The notes: generated by a model from the letters alone, not told the origin. DNA of 64,000 nucleotides from Candidatus Latescibacterota bacterium (GCA_965217865.1 CBDCJO010000002.1:1600001-1664000), one strand, 5' to 3'; shown: positions 40,455 through 52,272, counted from the stretch's first letter. Numbers and translations: made by a program.

Positions 40455-41219
40455 TCAGTCCACGAGAAGCGTTGGTTCTCCCCATGAAAGTCTGTCGGGA
40501 TCATTCACGCGAGCGCCGCTCGGTGCAGGGACGGGGCCTAGGAGGAGGGGGACGTCTGTCTCTTCCATCCAGCGGGAGAGGCGGCTTCTCATCTCATCCA
40601 AAAGAGGGGATCTGAACGGTTCACCAATCAGGTTGTTTGTCTCATCGGGGTCAAAGATCTTGGGGGTATCGGGCAACGGCGGCGGGGGCTGACAATAGCG
40701 TGGATCTTCAGCAGGCTGACTCTGAGGATCAGGCTCGGGAAATGGAATATGGGTCTCGTGTAAGCCCACAGACATAAAGAAAGGCGGCTCTGGTTTACTC
40801 GCGAGGAAATCGACCACAGTAGGGCCCACTTGATCCGCGTGAGCCGATTCGACGGGAAGAACCCGATCGTAGCCGACGGGATCGGCGCGATTGTCACCGT
40901 GGGGGGCCGTATGTTCCACGCCACATAGAACGGTTGTGTAACCGGAGTTTCGGAGGGTGTGTGCGATATGCTGCTTTGTATCGGTAAGGCCCCAACCCCG
41001 GTGGGCAAGGCCGAGCATGCCGGAGACGTGGGGGTCCTGGCCGGTGAGGAACGAGGCCCTGCTCGGGGAGCAGGTGGGCGCAGCGGCAAAGGCGCGACGG
41101 AATAGGACGCCTTCCTCCGCCAACCTCTGGAGATTCGGTGCGGGGACCGCATGCCCGTATGGCTGTATGAAGCGTCCGGTGTTGTGCGAATGCAAAAAGA
41201 GGACGTTCGGCTTTGGCAT
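40455..41219 (-). pseudogene. Sulfatase with a large in-frame internal deletion
   Basis: CSPSRAS signature, then PPPLPDTP joined directly to the C-terminal FDPDETNNL. Confidence 0.65.
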
Positions 41220-41331
41220 TTTAGCGCCTCGGCAGACCCTCCCGGCATCGAACCACAATTCAAGTCCCGCTGCCATGAAACGAGGATCCGGCTTTCTTAC
41301 CCGGAATTGGGTTCAAAATCGGGGGCGGTCT

Positions 41332-42099
41332 CTACTGTGCCGTCAACCCTCCGTCCACGAGAAGCGTCGTGCCGGTCACGAAGCTGGAGGCGTCGGAGGC
41401 GAGAAAGACAATGGCCCCACCCAGTTCCTCCGGCTTTCCCCATCTGCCTAACGGCACCTTCGCTATGAAAGCCTTAAAGGCTTCGGGGTCTTTCATCACG
41501 GCGGTGTTGATCGGTGTCTCGAACGGGCCGGGACACAAGGCATTTACGGTGATGTTGTAAGGGGCCCATTCGAGGGCGATCGTCTTCGTCAACTGGACGA
41601 GCCCCCCTTTGCTGGATGCGTATGAGGTCCGGTTCGGGAGGCTCACGAAAGAGAGGATAGAGGCCACATTGATGATTCGTCCGTAACGACGCTTGATCAT
41701 GTGGGGTCCGACGGCCCGACAGTAGCGCATCGGACCGGTCATGTTGATTCCGATGACCTGATCCCAGGAGTCGTCTTTCAAATCGACGAGTGGTTCCCGG
41801 ATATTGATGCCCGCGTTGTTGACGAGGATGTCGATCTTCTCAAATTCGTTAAGTGCCCGTTTTACGGTTGTTCCTACATCCGACGACTTAGAGACATCGG
41901 CCTCAACGGCTACAATTTTTCGGCCCGATGCTGAGGCGATCTCCTCTGCCACCGGTTCGATCTCATCCTGGTTGCGGCTTGTGATCAGGAGATCTGCGCC
42001 CGCCTGGGCGAGGGCAAGGGCCATTGCGCGGCCAAGGCCTTTGCTGGCTCCGGTCACGATACCCGCCCGATCTTTCAGACTAAAAGCTTCGAGACCCAT
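41332..42099 (-). CDS. SDR oxidoreductase
   Basis: TGASKGLG, NNAG, YASSK. Confidence 0.92.
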   Translation of the reverse strand: MGLEAFSLKDRAGIVTGASKGLGRAMALALAQAGADLLITSRNQDEIEPVAEEIASASGRKIVAVEADVSKSSDVGTTVKRALNEFEKIDILVNNAGINIREPLVDLKDDSWDQVIGINMTGPMRYCRAVGPHMIKRRYGRIINVASILSFVSLPNRTSYASSKGGLVQLTKTIALEWAPYNITVNALCPGPFETPINTAVMKDPEAFKAFIAKVPLGRWGKPEELGGAIVFLASDASSFVTGTTLLVDGGLTAQ

Positions 42100-42129
42100 G
42101 ATCGCAGCGCTCTATCGCCATCATACGAA

Positions 42130-42969
42130 TCAATTTTTGGCAAACGAAAGGCCCGCGGGGTTTGGAACGAACCCGGCTTCGAATCCTCTTTGAAGAAAAA
42201 GCTCTACAGCCCTACGACCTTGTGGTCCGTAATCCAGCGTCATGTCGTTCACGTACATCCCAACGAACCGGTCCGCCAGCTCCCGATCGACCCCGCGGCC
42301 GAAGCCCAGGGCGTGGTCGAGGGCTTGTTCCCGGTGGGCCAATCCGTACTCAATGCTCCCTCGGATAATATCCGTGATCCGACGGATGTTGTCTGGACCC
42401 AGATCCTTCCTGATCACGTTTCCGCCCAAGGGCAGGGGAAGGCCGGTCTGGTCCCTCCACCAGGCACCCAGGTCAACGACAAGCTGGCAGCCGGAACCTC
42501 CGAACGTCAACTGTCCCTCGTGGATAATCAAACCCGCGTCGACCCTCCCTTCGACGACCGTTTGTATGATTTGATCGAAGGGTACTACCTGATAGTCGAA
42601 ATCACCGAGACAAAGTCTGAGGGCAAGATAAGCGCTCGTCAGGGTGCCGGGAATCGCGATGCGAACCCCGTGCAGGTCATCCAAAGTCATCGCGGTGCGA
42701 GCCACAACCATCGGACCGTACCCGTCGCCCATGCTCGCCCCAGAAGGGATCAGTGCATAATGTTCGAGGATGTGGGCATATGCGTGGATGGAGACGGCCG
42801 TGACTTCGAGCTCACCTTGAATCGCCCTGCGGTTGAGGGTCTCTATGTCTTGCAGGATATGGATAAATTCAAAATCTCCGGTGTCGACCAATCCCTTGGC
42901 GAGGGCATAAAACATGAAGGCATCGTCGGAATCCGGGCTGTGGCCGAGGCGAATGGTCTGTTTGGACAT
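42130..42969 (-). CDS. mqnD: 1,4-dihydroxy-6-naphthoate synthase (futalosine pathway)
   Basis: GHSPDSDDAFMF, GLIIHEGQLT, GLPLPLG, MYVN. Confidence 0.85.
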   Translation of the reverse strand: MSKQTIRLGHSPDSDDAFMFYALAKGLVDTGDFEFIHILQDIETLNRRAIQGELEVTAVSIHAYAHILEHYALIPSGASMGDGYGPMVVARTAMTLDDLHGVRIAIPGTLTSAYLALRLCLGDFDYQVVPFDQIIQTVVEGRVDAGLIIHEGQLTFGGSGCQLVVDLGAWWRDQTGLPLPLGGNVIRKDLGPDNIRRITDIIRGSIEYGLAHREQALDHALGFGRGVDRELADRFVGMYVNDMTLDYGPQGRRAVELFLQRGFEAGFVPNPAGLSFAKN

Positions 42970-43024
42970 AAAAACCCTCAATTTTAAAAATGGGCAACTA
43001 TTATACCCCGGGCCCTATGGTTTG

Positions 43025-43549
43025 TCAACCCTTATTCTCCAACGCTTCACCCATCCTCCGATAGGATTGGATTGTCGTGTCATCGAAACAGACAAAGACA
43101 ATTTTTTCGACCCCGGTATACTCAAAAAGGAATTTTCTCGCCTGGGTTAAAGCAATCCGAGTTGCCAGTTCCAACGGAAAACGATAAGCCCCCGTACTGA
43201 TAGCAGGGAATGCAACAGTCCTTATCTTGTACTTTTTGACCAACCGGAAGCAGTTGATGTAGCAGGACGCCAGCAGATTTTCCTCGTTGTTGTTTCCCCC
43301 TGCCCATACCGGACCTACGGTGTGGATAACCCACCCTGCTGAGAGATTATATCCACGTGTGATCTTCGCCTCTCCGGTGGGACATCCGTTTAGCGTTCGG
43401 CACTCATTCAGAAGTTCCGGACCGGCTGCCCTGTGGATGGCCCCGTCAACGCCTCCTCCTCCCAGAAGCGTTTGGTTCGCTGCGTTCACGATTGCGTCTA
43501 CATCCATGTGCGTGATGTCCCCCTTTACGATCTCGATTTCATGTTCCAT
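43025..43549 (-). CDS. Macro-domain O-acetyl-ADP-ribose deacetylase (YmdB-like)
   Basis: GDIT, NAAN, GGGGVDGAIH, PAISTGAYRFP. Confidence 0.92.
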   Translation of the reverse strand: MEHEIEIVKGDITHMDVDAIVNAANQTLLGGGGVDGAIHRAAGPELLNECRTLNGCPTGEAKITRGYNLSAGWVIHTVGPVWAGGNNNEENLLASCYINCFRLVKKYKIRTVAFPAISTGAYRFPLELATRIALTQARKFLFEYTGVEKIVFVCFDDTTIQSYRRMGEALENKG

Positions 43550-43960
43550 ATCCGGCTCCTCGTGTTATGGGTAATCCCTTATGAATACTGAGAAATAGAT
43601 ATATTTTGATCCGATCCGGAGCGGTATAAAATCCTTGACGTCAGGATACGGATGGCCTATCTTTCAGGTGATTAGAGTTGATCTAAGGTTCCCCACCCAA
43701 ATCAGCTGTATGGTCATATCGTCCGCACCCTGGGCGAATTTTCGATTTTCCCCACTACACTTCTCCCCTTCCCCACGAAGCGTAAATCAACTCCTTAATT
43801 CCCTCCGGTTCAATCCCCTACCGGTAGTCGTGTGCGAGTCTGCCCCCACGCGTTCATAAATCTAAAAACTCCCTTTCGTATCGGTCGTACCCTAATAACG
43901 TCTTCGGCTGTTCATTCAAATTTTGCAAGGGATTCTATCATCCTTTTTTTGAGGACTTTT

Positions 43961-46900
43961 ATGCTCTTCAGGCGTATCTCTATCTGCTGTGTCGTTGCCT
44001 TTATCGGCGTGCTGGTGTTTCCTGACGGGATCATCCGAGCCCAGGTAGGCGACGGAATCGACCTGAGCCAAGGTGGCGCGGATGTAGTGATATCCGGATT
44101 GCCTGAAGGAGCGAGTGCTGGGGAGGCTGTATCCGCGGGTGATCTCAACGGAGATGGATTCGAGGATCTGATCGTCGGAGCCCCAGGAAGCACACCTCAA
44201 GGCCGTGTGGGTGCAGGAGCGATCTACATCGTCTATGGCAGGTCAGGCAGCTTTCCCCCGAATTTCGACTTTACGAATCCCATCTTAAGCACGACGGTCA
44301 TCGATGGCGCGGACGCTGGGGCGGGGTTCGGTGCTTCAGTGGCCACGGGGGACCTGAACGGAGATGGATTTAAAGATCTTATCGCCGGCGCACCGGATTC
44401 CGATCCCGACGGAAAGTCAGATGCAGGATCAGTTTTTGTCGTTTATGGCGTCACGGGCAGTCTTCCCCAACACGTGGACCTCGCGGATCCGTCGAGCGGG
44501 GCTCTGCGTATAGATGGGGAAGCTCCGGGGGACAGGTTCGGGGCCTCGGTCAGCTCTGGAAATTCAAACGGGGACGGATTCGAGGACCTGGTCGTAGGTG
44601 CTCCAGGGGCGGATCCGAACGGCCGAATCGATGCGGGGCAAGCATATCTTTACTACGGTGGTCTGGTGTTGAGTGAATCTGTCCGACTGACGGGAAGCGC
44701 CACGAAGGACGGCCTCGGGAGTTCTGTGGCTGTGGGGGAACTGAACCGAGACGGTCTAGACGAATTGGTTCTTGGGGCCCCGTCCGCGACGCCGGTAGGC
44801 GGGACCGGAGCAGGAATCGTATACGTTGTATCCGGACAGTCTACGCCGCTTCCATCTCGGCTTGAATTGGGGACAAGCCCCGCCGGTGTCAGTCGGGTGA
44901 TGGGAGAGAGTCCACGAGATCGAACCGGGAGTTCGGTTGCCGTTGGGGATGTGGATGGCGACCAGATCGGAGACCTCATCATCGGGGCCCGATTGGCAGA
45001 TCCGCCAGGCGGATTCAACGCAGGGGCCGTCTTTATCGTGTATGGCCAGAATGGCGGAGACATTCCCGATATCGACTTGAGCGGTAACCCTCCGGGGGTC
45101 ACCCGGATCTTTGGAGAAGAGGCTAACGACCTGACGGGGCAATCCGTGGCCGCCGGGGACGTCAACGGAGATGGCGTGTCAGATCTGATCCTTGGAGCCC
45201 CCGGGTCTTTCCTGACGGACGACCGTGAGAGCGAAAGCCCGGGAAAGGTCTTCGTCGTATATGGTCGGGCCACCTTTCCGGGTGTGGTCGACCTCAACGC
45301 AAATCCCCCCATGGTCAGTCGGATCCTCGGGGCCAATGGCTACCTTCCCGATTCCGGTTTCAGCGACCGGACTGGGCAGTCGGTCGCATCGGGGGACTTG
45401 AACGGGGACGGCTTCGCCGACCCGATCACGGGTGCTCCGGGGGCGGATCCAAACGATCTGGTCGATGCCGGGAAGGCTTATCTGTTTTTTGCGGGCCCGA
45501 AGCCCGATCTGAGGGTTTCCTCCGGGGGCCTGGCGTTCGGAAACGTTGTGGTGGGACAATCGAAGCAGTCCGACGTGGTCGTTACCAACGGGGGAACGGC
45601 TCTCCTGTTGATCAACACGATCACGGTGAGCAACTCCAAGTTCAAGGCTCTTCCTCCCGGCCCTTACGCCCTCATTGCAGGGGACAGTCTGTTCGTTGGC
45701 GTTACTTTTTCGCCCACGGCCGCAGGGCCTCAGTCTGGCACCTTGACGATCACGACGAGCAACGACCCTGAAAAAGGGGCCGTGACCCTCCCCCTGTCGG
45801 GAACGGGGGCCCAACCCGATATCGACGTTCCGCCTTCGGTTTCGTTCGGGAGTGTCCCCCTGGGTTCCCCTGCGGTCTCCACCCTGTTGATATCCAACCT
45901 GGGCTCCTCAAGTCTCACCGTTCGGAAGATTACATCTTCTGATAATCAATTTGTCACTCAGCCCGACTCGCTGGTGGTGCCTTCCGGAGCCAAGTTGCGC
46001 GTGACGATCATCTTCACGCCGACTGTCCTCGGGGCCACATCCGCCACGCTGTCGCTTTTGAGCGATGACCCGGATGAGGGAAACGTAATCGTCGGGTTAT
46101 CGGGATCTGCGGCCACACCAAAGGTTTCCGCATCCGTGTCAAACCTGACTTTCGGTTCGGTGTTACTCGGTTCCTCGTTCGAATTAACCCTGACGGTCTC
46201 CAACCTGGGGGACGCCGATCTGAGCGTCAGCCAGGTGGCATCGGACAACCCGCAATTTACTGTGTTCCCGACCGCTTTCACCGTCGGCGGGAGCAAAGAC
46301 CAGGAGGTGACGGTCACCTTTACGCCATCGTTAACCGGTCCGCAGACCGTGACCCTCACGCTCAGCACAAACGATCCGATCACACCGACCCTGACCATTA
46401 GTGCAACGGGGGACGGAGGAAGGCAACCTGCGATCGAATTGTCCACATCTCAATTGAATTTCGGAACGGTGGATGTGGGCGCATCGCGTGATACGACCTT
46501 CTTCGTTCACAACCGGGGGGACGGTATCCTAGTGGTCCACTCGGTCGTTGCATCGGACACTCAGTTTGTGCCCCAGCCCGATTCATTCGCGGTGGCAAGT
46601 CAGGACAGCGTTCAGGTGACGCTGAGATTCTCCCCCCAATCGGACAAGGATCTATCGGCAGCCTTACTGATATCCAGCAACGACCTTGCCTCCAGAAATT
46701 CCGTCGTGACGCTTTCAGGCCGGGGGGCGATCCGGGTTGCTTCTGAGGTTTCGGTGGAATCCCTCGAGTTTGGAGAAGTGGAGGTGGGCACGGAAGACAC
46801 GTTGACCTTAACAATCTTCAGCAGCGGGAACGCTTCCCTCATCGTATTTTCGGCTGTCTCCAGCGATTCTCAGTTCGTGGCTGAGATTGATTCTTCAACA

Positions 46901-47756
46901 ATCGCGGGGGGGGGGGGGGGACAGCACCCAGGTGGAGGTGATATTTTCTCCCACCGCTCTCCGAGAGGTGTCCGCCACGCTGACGATTTTGACGAATGAC
47001 TTTATACGGGGGGTCATTCCGGTGGCTCTTGTCGGGAGCGGGGCAAGACCGATGCGCCTTTTTCTCGACCTCGATCCTGCCGTCGGCAATCAGGCGGCCA
47101 CAACAGATACCATACAGGTTAGCTCTTGTTCGGCTTCGATCGGACTCTATCTGGAAAACGCCCTCAACCTTTCCTCTTTCGAGCTCACGCTCAGGCTGGT
47201 TCCAGCAGCCAACCTCATGTTCAATTCGTTCTCGGATGGGGGGCCCGACGAGGAGAACTTTCTTCGCTCTGCTGGTGGTGGGCTTACCCTCTCGGCCGCA
47301 CAAACCGAAATCAATATCGTAAAGGTGAACGGGTCCATATCCAATCCGACTCTTGATACCGCCCCGGATGGGGATGGGTTGCTGGCTGTCCTGAATTTTC
47401 AGACATTCAACACCTCCAATGGATTTTCCGAGGGGGACAGCGCCATCGTTCAATTGGAACAAGCCATCCTAACCCGGCTTGTCAATACGGGTCCGGACAC
47501 CCTCAGCAGTTCCACGGCGGCCAAGCTGGTCTTCAGCAACATCCCGGGGGACTGTAACGCAGATGATATGATCGATATGGACGACTTTTTCCTACTTGCG
47601 GGCTCGTTCGGTGCAGATAAGGAAGCGGCGGCCTACGATCCGATCTGCGATATCAATCGAGACGAGGTAATCGATCTTAATGACTTTTTCCTCCTCGCCG
47701 ATCGGCTGGGAACGCGCGTCGAATCGTGTCGGCAACTGGGGACAGAAATTGAATAG
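43961..47756 (+). CDS. Secreted protein: 7 FG-GAP repeats, 5 ASH/choice-of-anchor D domains, cohesin-like domain and dockerin/EF-hand; frameshifted at G15
   Basis: Seven GD(L/V)NGDG-type repeats; five FGxV...N.G...L Ig-like repeats; second frame continues GDSTQVEVIFSP...GDCNADDMIDMDDFFLLA...DINRDEVIDLNDFFLLA. Confidence 0.8.
46906..46920 (+). repeat. Poly-G (G15) tract
   Basis: 15 consecutive G; a length of 3n+2 (e.g. 14) would be in frame. Confidence 0.9.
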
Positions 47757-47948
47757 GCGGGTTGGGGAGAGGAAATAAACGGCCTTACGTGAATTCCGTC
47801 CGGGAACTCCTCCAGGGCATCCTTCATCGCCGGGTTATGGCGAGATGGGGTGCCCTTTACGTTTTTTAGCTGAAACGCGGATCCAAGGAAGGGTTAGATG
47901 GAAGCGAGGCTCTCAAACTCCGGAAGGACGGCCCAACTAGGCGAATGC

Positions 47949-48806
47949 CTACTTTCCTTTGTAGGCTTTTTTAAGAGCCTCTTTCTGACTCTCAGACAGG
48001 CCTTCGATCGCCTTGGCCCCTCGCCGGGTTTCAGCCTGAATGGACTTCTCGACGGCCTGCTCGAGTTTTGAGGACATCCATCCGGGAAGCTTTTGAAGGA
48101 GAACGACAACGATGGAAGCGACCAGGCAGACCAGCGAGATGACGACATAAAGCGAATAATTCTGAGATTTACGCGGTCGGCGAGGTCTGCGTCGGTGGGG
48201 TGTCAGGTGGGATGCGGCTTCGCCCGGAGCAGAGGCGGGGGGGGTTGGAATATCCTGATCTATTGCCGAGACAATCGGTATCGAGTCAGAATCCGATGGA
48301 ACCGGCTCCGGAGTGCCGACAGGGGGCCTGGAGGGTTCCGGGACTGGAGGGGGAGAGGGATCGGCTCTCGGGGTTTGCATGGCCTCCGCCGCCGCCTCCG
48401 AGGGGGTGGAGACTGGCGTCCCAGGGACGGATGGCCCCAGGACGCTGTTGACTGTATCGACCAGATCGTTCAGTCGAAATGGCTTGGCAACGAATGCGTT
48501 TGCGCCCTTTTTACCAAGTTCCTGTTTTTTCTCTTCGTTAAGGTATGCCGATATGATGATGACGGGCAGGGTATGTCCGTGTTCACGAATGAACTCCAGC
48601 ACCGACTCACCCTGGATGGTCTGCATATGGAGGTCAAGGAGGATCAGGTCCGGGGGGTTATGGGTGATCTGTTCGAGGGCTTCAGTCCATTGGGAGGTAG
48701 TCACGGGTTCGAAGTCCAGAGACCGAAAATAGTCGTCAAGCAACTCCAGGATCCCGGGTTCGTCATCGAGGATCAGGATTCGCCTGGATCGGATTTTGGT
48801 TTCCAT
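47949..48806 (-). CDS. Receiver-domain protein with Pro-rich linker and C-terminal TM
   Basis: ILDDE, LLDLHM, AKPF; hydrophobic LYVVISLVCLVASIVVVLL. Confidence 0.8.
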   Translation of the reverse strand: METKIRSRRILILDDEPGILELLDDYFRSLDFEPVTTSQWTEALEQITHNPPDLILLDLHMQTIQGESVLEFIREHGHTLPVIIISAYLNEEKKQELGKKGANAFVAKPFRLNDLVDTVNSVLGPSVPGTPVSTPSEAAAEAMQTPRADPSPPPVPEPSRPPVGTPEPVPSDSDSIPIVSAIDQDIPTPPASAPGEAASHLTPHRRRPRRPRKSQNYSLYVVISLVCLVASIVVVLLQKLPGWMSSKLEQAVEKSIQAETRRGAKAIEGLSESQKEALKKAYKGK

Positions 48807-49073
48807 AAACGTGAGAGTCTTTGAGAATTTAGATGGGATTCGATCCTTGAAATATTAATAAATCCGCCAAGTGTTGTCGACCGAAGATATTGGTCGGGAA
48901 ACGTGAAACGTGAGACGGGAAAGGCAGTGGCAGGTGGCTGTATCAGGAAAGCCAAAGGCAGGGAACGGAGGAAATTGAAGATCAAAGAGATCAAGAAGAC
49001 CACAATAAAGTTCTGGGTTGGTTAAATATTCAATATTTAATGAATTTGCCCTTGTGTTCCGATTAGTTTCACC

Positions 49074-49102
49074 TTGACAAAAACCCGAGTGTCTCTTATA
49101 AT
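49074..49102 (+). promoter_or_regulatory. Consensus sigma70 promoter of the hrcA operon
   Basis: TTGACA-17-TATAAT, perfect match. Confidence 0.75.
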
Positions 49103-49151
49103 TTTCGTTAACTTATTCATCCAGTCCTTTCAGAAAAGGTTGAAGGATAAG

Positions 49152-50186
49152 ATGGATATCTCCGAACGTGAAAATATAATCCTTGGGGCCTTGGTGGATA
49201 CCCATATCGCCAATGGGGAGCCTGTGGGATCACGGACGATCTCAAAAACAGGCGTGGGGATCAGTCCGGCTACAATCCGAAATACGATGGTAGACCTGGA
49301 GGAGAAGGGGTTGATCTATCAACCGCATACTTCGGCCGGTCGGGTCCCGACGGATCAAGGCTATCGATGTTATGTCGATCATCTGATGCCCTCTGAGGCG
49401 CTTGAGGAAGCCCAAGCGAAGGGGATCCGGACAAAGCTGCTGGCGTCACTTCAGGATGAGGACGCGGAAGAAATCCTGGAACAGATCTCACGGATTATCG
49501 CCGACACCTCACTCCAGTTGGGTGTTGTCCTCTCCCCCCGATTTGAGCAAGGGGTTTTTCACAGGCTCGAACTGATTCCCCTGACAGAACGGCGGATTAT
49601 GGTCGTCCTGTCGATCGAATCTGGCCTGGTCAGGACGATGGTCATCGAAGTGGCCAGTCCGTTCGAGATTGCCCATTTGTCCCTCACAACCCAGGCGCTC
49701 AACGAAAGGCTCTCCGGTCTTACGATTGGAGAATTGCAAAAAGAAGCCCGGGAACGTCTTAGAGACGTCCCGCGTGGGGATCCCAAGTTGCTTCGGGTCA
49801 TCCTGGATGAGACTGCGTCGATGTTTTCCCACAGCCAAAGCGGAGACCTCCACTTAGGGGGAACCGGAAATATTTTCAGGCAGCCTGATTTTCAAGATCG
49901 CGAGGCCTTGGTCGGAATCTTTAACTTGTTGGAGGCCAGGGAACCGATAGTCGATGTCCTGGAAGGGCGAACGGAGAAAGAGGGTGTTACGATAACGATC
50001 GGCAACGAGAATTGTGGGCTTCCTGAAATCCGATCTTGCAGTGTCGTGACCTCCAGATACCGGGTTGGCGGCGCATCGGGCTTGGTGGGCATCATCGGCC
50101 CAAAGCGTATGCGTTATCCATTGATATCCTCTCTGGTTCGATTTGTCGCCCAGATTACCGAAGAGCTTTTCAATCAGAAGTCCTGA
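49152..50186 (+). CDS. hrcA: Heat-inducible transcription repressor
   Basis: EPVGSR, SPATIRNTM, QPHTSAGRVPT, IIGPKRMRY. Confidence 0.95.
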   Translation: MDISERENIILGALVDTHIANGEPVGSRTISKTGVGISPATIRNTMVDLEEKGLIYQPHTSAGRVPTDQGYRCYVDHLMPSEALEEAQAKGIRTKLLASLQDEDAEEILEQISRIIADTSLQLGVVLSPRFEQGVFHRLELIPLTERRIMVVLSIESGLVRTMVIEVASPFEIAHLSLTTQALNERLSGLTIGELQKEARERLRDVPRGDPKLLRVILDETASMFSHSQSGDLHLGGTGNIFRQPDFQDREALVGIFNLLEAREPIVDVLEGRTEKEGVTITIGNENCGLPEIRSCSVVTSRYRVGGASGLVGIIGPKRMRYPLISSLVRFVAQITEELFNQKS

Positions 50187-50292
50187 GGGAAGTCACCCCC
50201 CCGGCAATATATTGTTTCCATGTTCCGCGTCGGAAGTGAGGTTCTATGATACAATCCGACGCGGACGGCTTTTTTTTGGAGGAACATTACAG

Positions 50293-50985
50293 GTGAAGAA
50301 AGAGGTTGGAAAGCTGGAACAAGAAATGCCGGATGATAAAAAAACAGAAACCACCGAACTGGTCGTCAATCAGGCCGCAGATTCAAAAAAGGTGAAAGAA
50401 AAGGGACTGAACGATAAGGGGGGGAAAAAGACATCCGCATCCTCAGAGAATGAGCTGGATGCCAAGGTAGACCCGATCCCAGCGTTGGAGAGTGAGCTAG
50501 AGAGCGCTAAGGCGGAGTCCCTGGAGAATCATGACCGATACATCCGAAAGGTTGCTGAGTTCGAAAACTACCGTCGCAGAAAAGAGCGTGAGTTCGGGGA
50601 ATTGATCCGGTCATCGAATCGCGATTTAATCACGCGATTGCTGCCCGTCCTGGAGAATTTCGAACGTGCGATGAACCACACTGAAGTCGGCGGGAGTTTT
50701 GACAATTATCGAAAGGGTGTTGAGATGATCTTCACCCAGTTCAAAGATTTGCTCAGTGTTGAAGGCTTGGCGCCAATAGAATCCGTAGGCAAACCCTTTG
50801 ATCCCAACCTCCACGAAGCCCTTTTGCAGATCCCATCTGATGATTACGATGAAGGGGTCGTCTGCGAGGAAACCGAAAGGGGTTACCTTTTGGGGGATCG
50901 TGTGATCCGACATGCCAAGGTGGTTGTGAGCATCGGGGCTCAAACTGAAGAGTTGGGAGTTGAAAGCGCCAAACGGGACGAATAA
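50293..50985 (+). CDS. grpE: Nucleotide exchange factor GrpE
   Basis: AEFENYRRR, FDPNLHEA, GYLLGDRVIRHAKV. Confidence 0.93.
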   Translation: MKKEVGKLEQEMPDDKKTETTELVVNQAADSKKVKEKGLNDKGGKKTSASSENELDAKVDPIPALESELESAKAESLENHDRYIRKVAEFENYRRRKEREFGELIRSSNRDLITRLLPVLENFERAMNHTEVGGSFDNYRKGVEMIFTQFKDLLSVEGLAPIESVGKPFDPNLHEALLQIPSDDYDEGVVCEETERGYLLGDRVIRHAKVVVSIGAQTEELGVESAKRDE

Positions 50986-50990
50986 ATCTT

Positions 50991-52151
50991 ATGTCTTCAA
51001 AAAGAGATTATTACGAAGTCCTTGAATTAGATCGAAACGCCTCGGAAAGCGAGATCAAAAAGGCCTATCGTAAACAGGCGATGAGATATCACCCCGATCG
51101 AAATCTGGGGGACAAGGAAGCCGAGGCAAAATTCAAAGAGGGTGCCGAGGCTTTCGAGGTGTTAAGCAACCCCGATAAAAAGCAGACCTATGACCAATTC
51201 GGACACGCTGGGCTGGAAGGCGCATTCCGTGGCGGAGGGTTCCAGTGGACCGACTTCACCCACGCGGGCGACTTTAGCGATATCTTCGAAAATCTTGATA
51301 GTATATTTGGAGGCGGAATTTTCGGACATATTTTCGGGGGTGGAAAAAGCGCACGCCAGGGCCCTCCAAGGGGTGAGGATCTTCGAGTATCGTTGGAATT
51401 GACCTTGGAAGAGATCGCAAAAGGGGTTCAGAAGAAGATCAGGATCAATCGGCTCCAGGGTTGCGATCGCTGCGGGGGTACCGGCAGCGAAGGGGGGAAA
51501 GAACCTGAGACGTGCTCCACGTGCGGCGGGATAGGGCAAGTCCGGCAGGCAACACGATCTATTTTCGGACAGTCTATGGTCGTGACGACCTGTCCGACGT
51601 GCAGAGGGGAGGGGCGGGTCGTTGAGAGCCCGTGTGATTTATGCGGGGGAGAAGGGAGGGTTCGTGGCACCGCCACCCTGTCAGTTAATATCCCGGCAGG
51701 GGTCGCCTCGGGGAACTATTTGCCCATAAGGGGCCAAGGAAATGTGGGCCTTCGAGGGGGGCCTCCAGGGGATTGTATTATCTTCACAGAGGAGAAGCCA
51801 CACGATCTGTTTGAGCGACACGGCAACGATGTCATATATGACCTGGCGATCAGTTTCAGCCAGGCGGCTTTGGGTGATGAGACAGAGGTCCCGACCTTGA
51901 CGGGTCAGATGCGTCTAAAAATTCCTCCCGGCACGCAGTCTGGAAAGATTTTTCGCATCAGGGGGAAGGGGATTCCCGATGTCAATGGGTACCAGACCGG
52001 GGATGAGCTGGTGCGGGTGATGGTGTGGACGCCAACGAAGTTGTCTAAACGGGAAGAGGAGCTGTTTCAGGAATTGTCAGGACTTGATAATGGGAAAACG
52101 CCCGCGAGCGGGAAGGGCCTTTTTGAAAAGATGAAGGGTGTATTCGGGTAG
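50991..52151 (+). CDS. dnaJ: Chaperone DnaJ
   Basis: HPD J-domain, four CxxCxGxG repeats. Confidence 0.96.
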   Translation: MSSKRDYYEVLELDRNASESEIKKAYRKQAMRYHPDRNLGDKEAEAKFKEGAEAFEVLSNPDKKQTYDQFGHAGLEGAFRGGGFQWTDFTHAGDFSDIFENLDSIFGGGIFGHIFGGGKSARQGPPRGEDLRVSLELTLEEIAKGVQKKIRINRLQGCDRCGGTGSEGGKEPETCSTCGGIGQVRQATRSIFGQSMVVTTCPTCRGEGRVVESPCDLCGGEGRVRGTATLSVNIPAGVASGNYLPIRGQGNVGLRGGPPGDCIIFTEEKPHDLFERHGNDVIYDLAISFSQAALGDETEVPTLTGQMRLKIPPGTQSGKIFRIRGKGIPDVNGYQTGDELVRVMVWTPTKLSKREEELFQELSGLDNGKTPASGKGLFEKMKGVFG

Positions 52152-52272
52152 GCCTTCGAGCTCCAGCTTGGTTTCACGGTGGGCGGCGGATTCAGAACGG
52201 GCGACCAAGCGGTCGCCTTTTTTTATAAAACACGGGTTCATCTGTAGTCCCTTTGCATTATGAGGGTCAAAC

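Noticed and set aside
49040-49150. CIRCE operator
   Set aside because: GAGTG at 49087 has no matching TTAGCACTC left arm.
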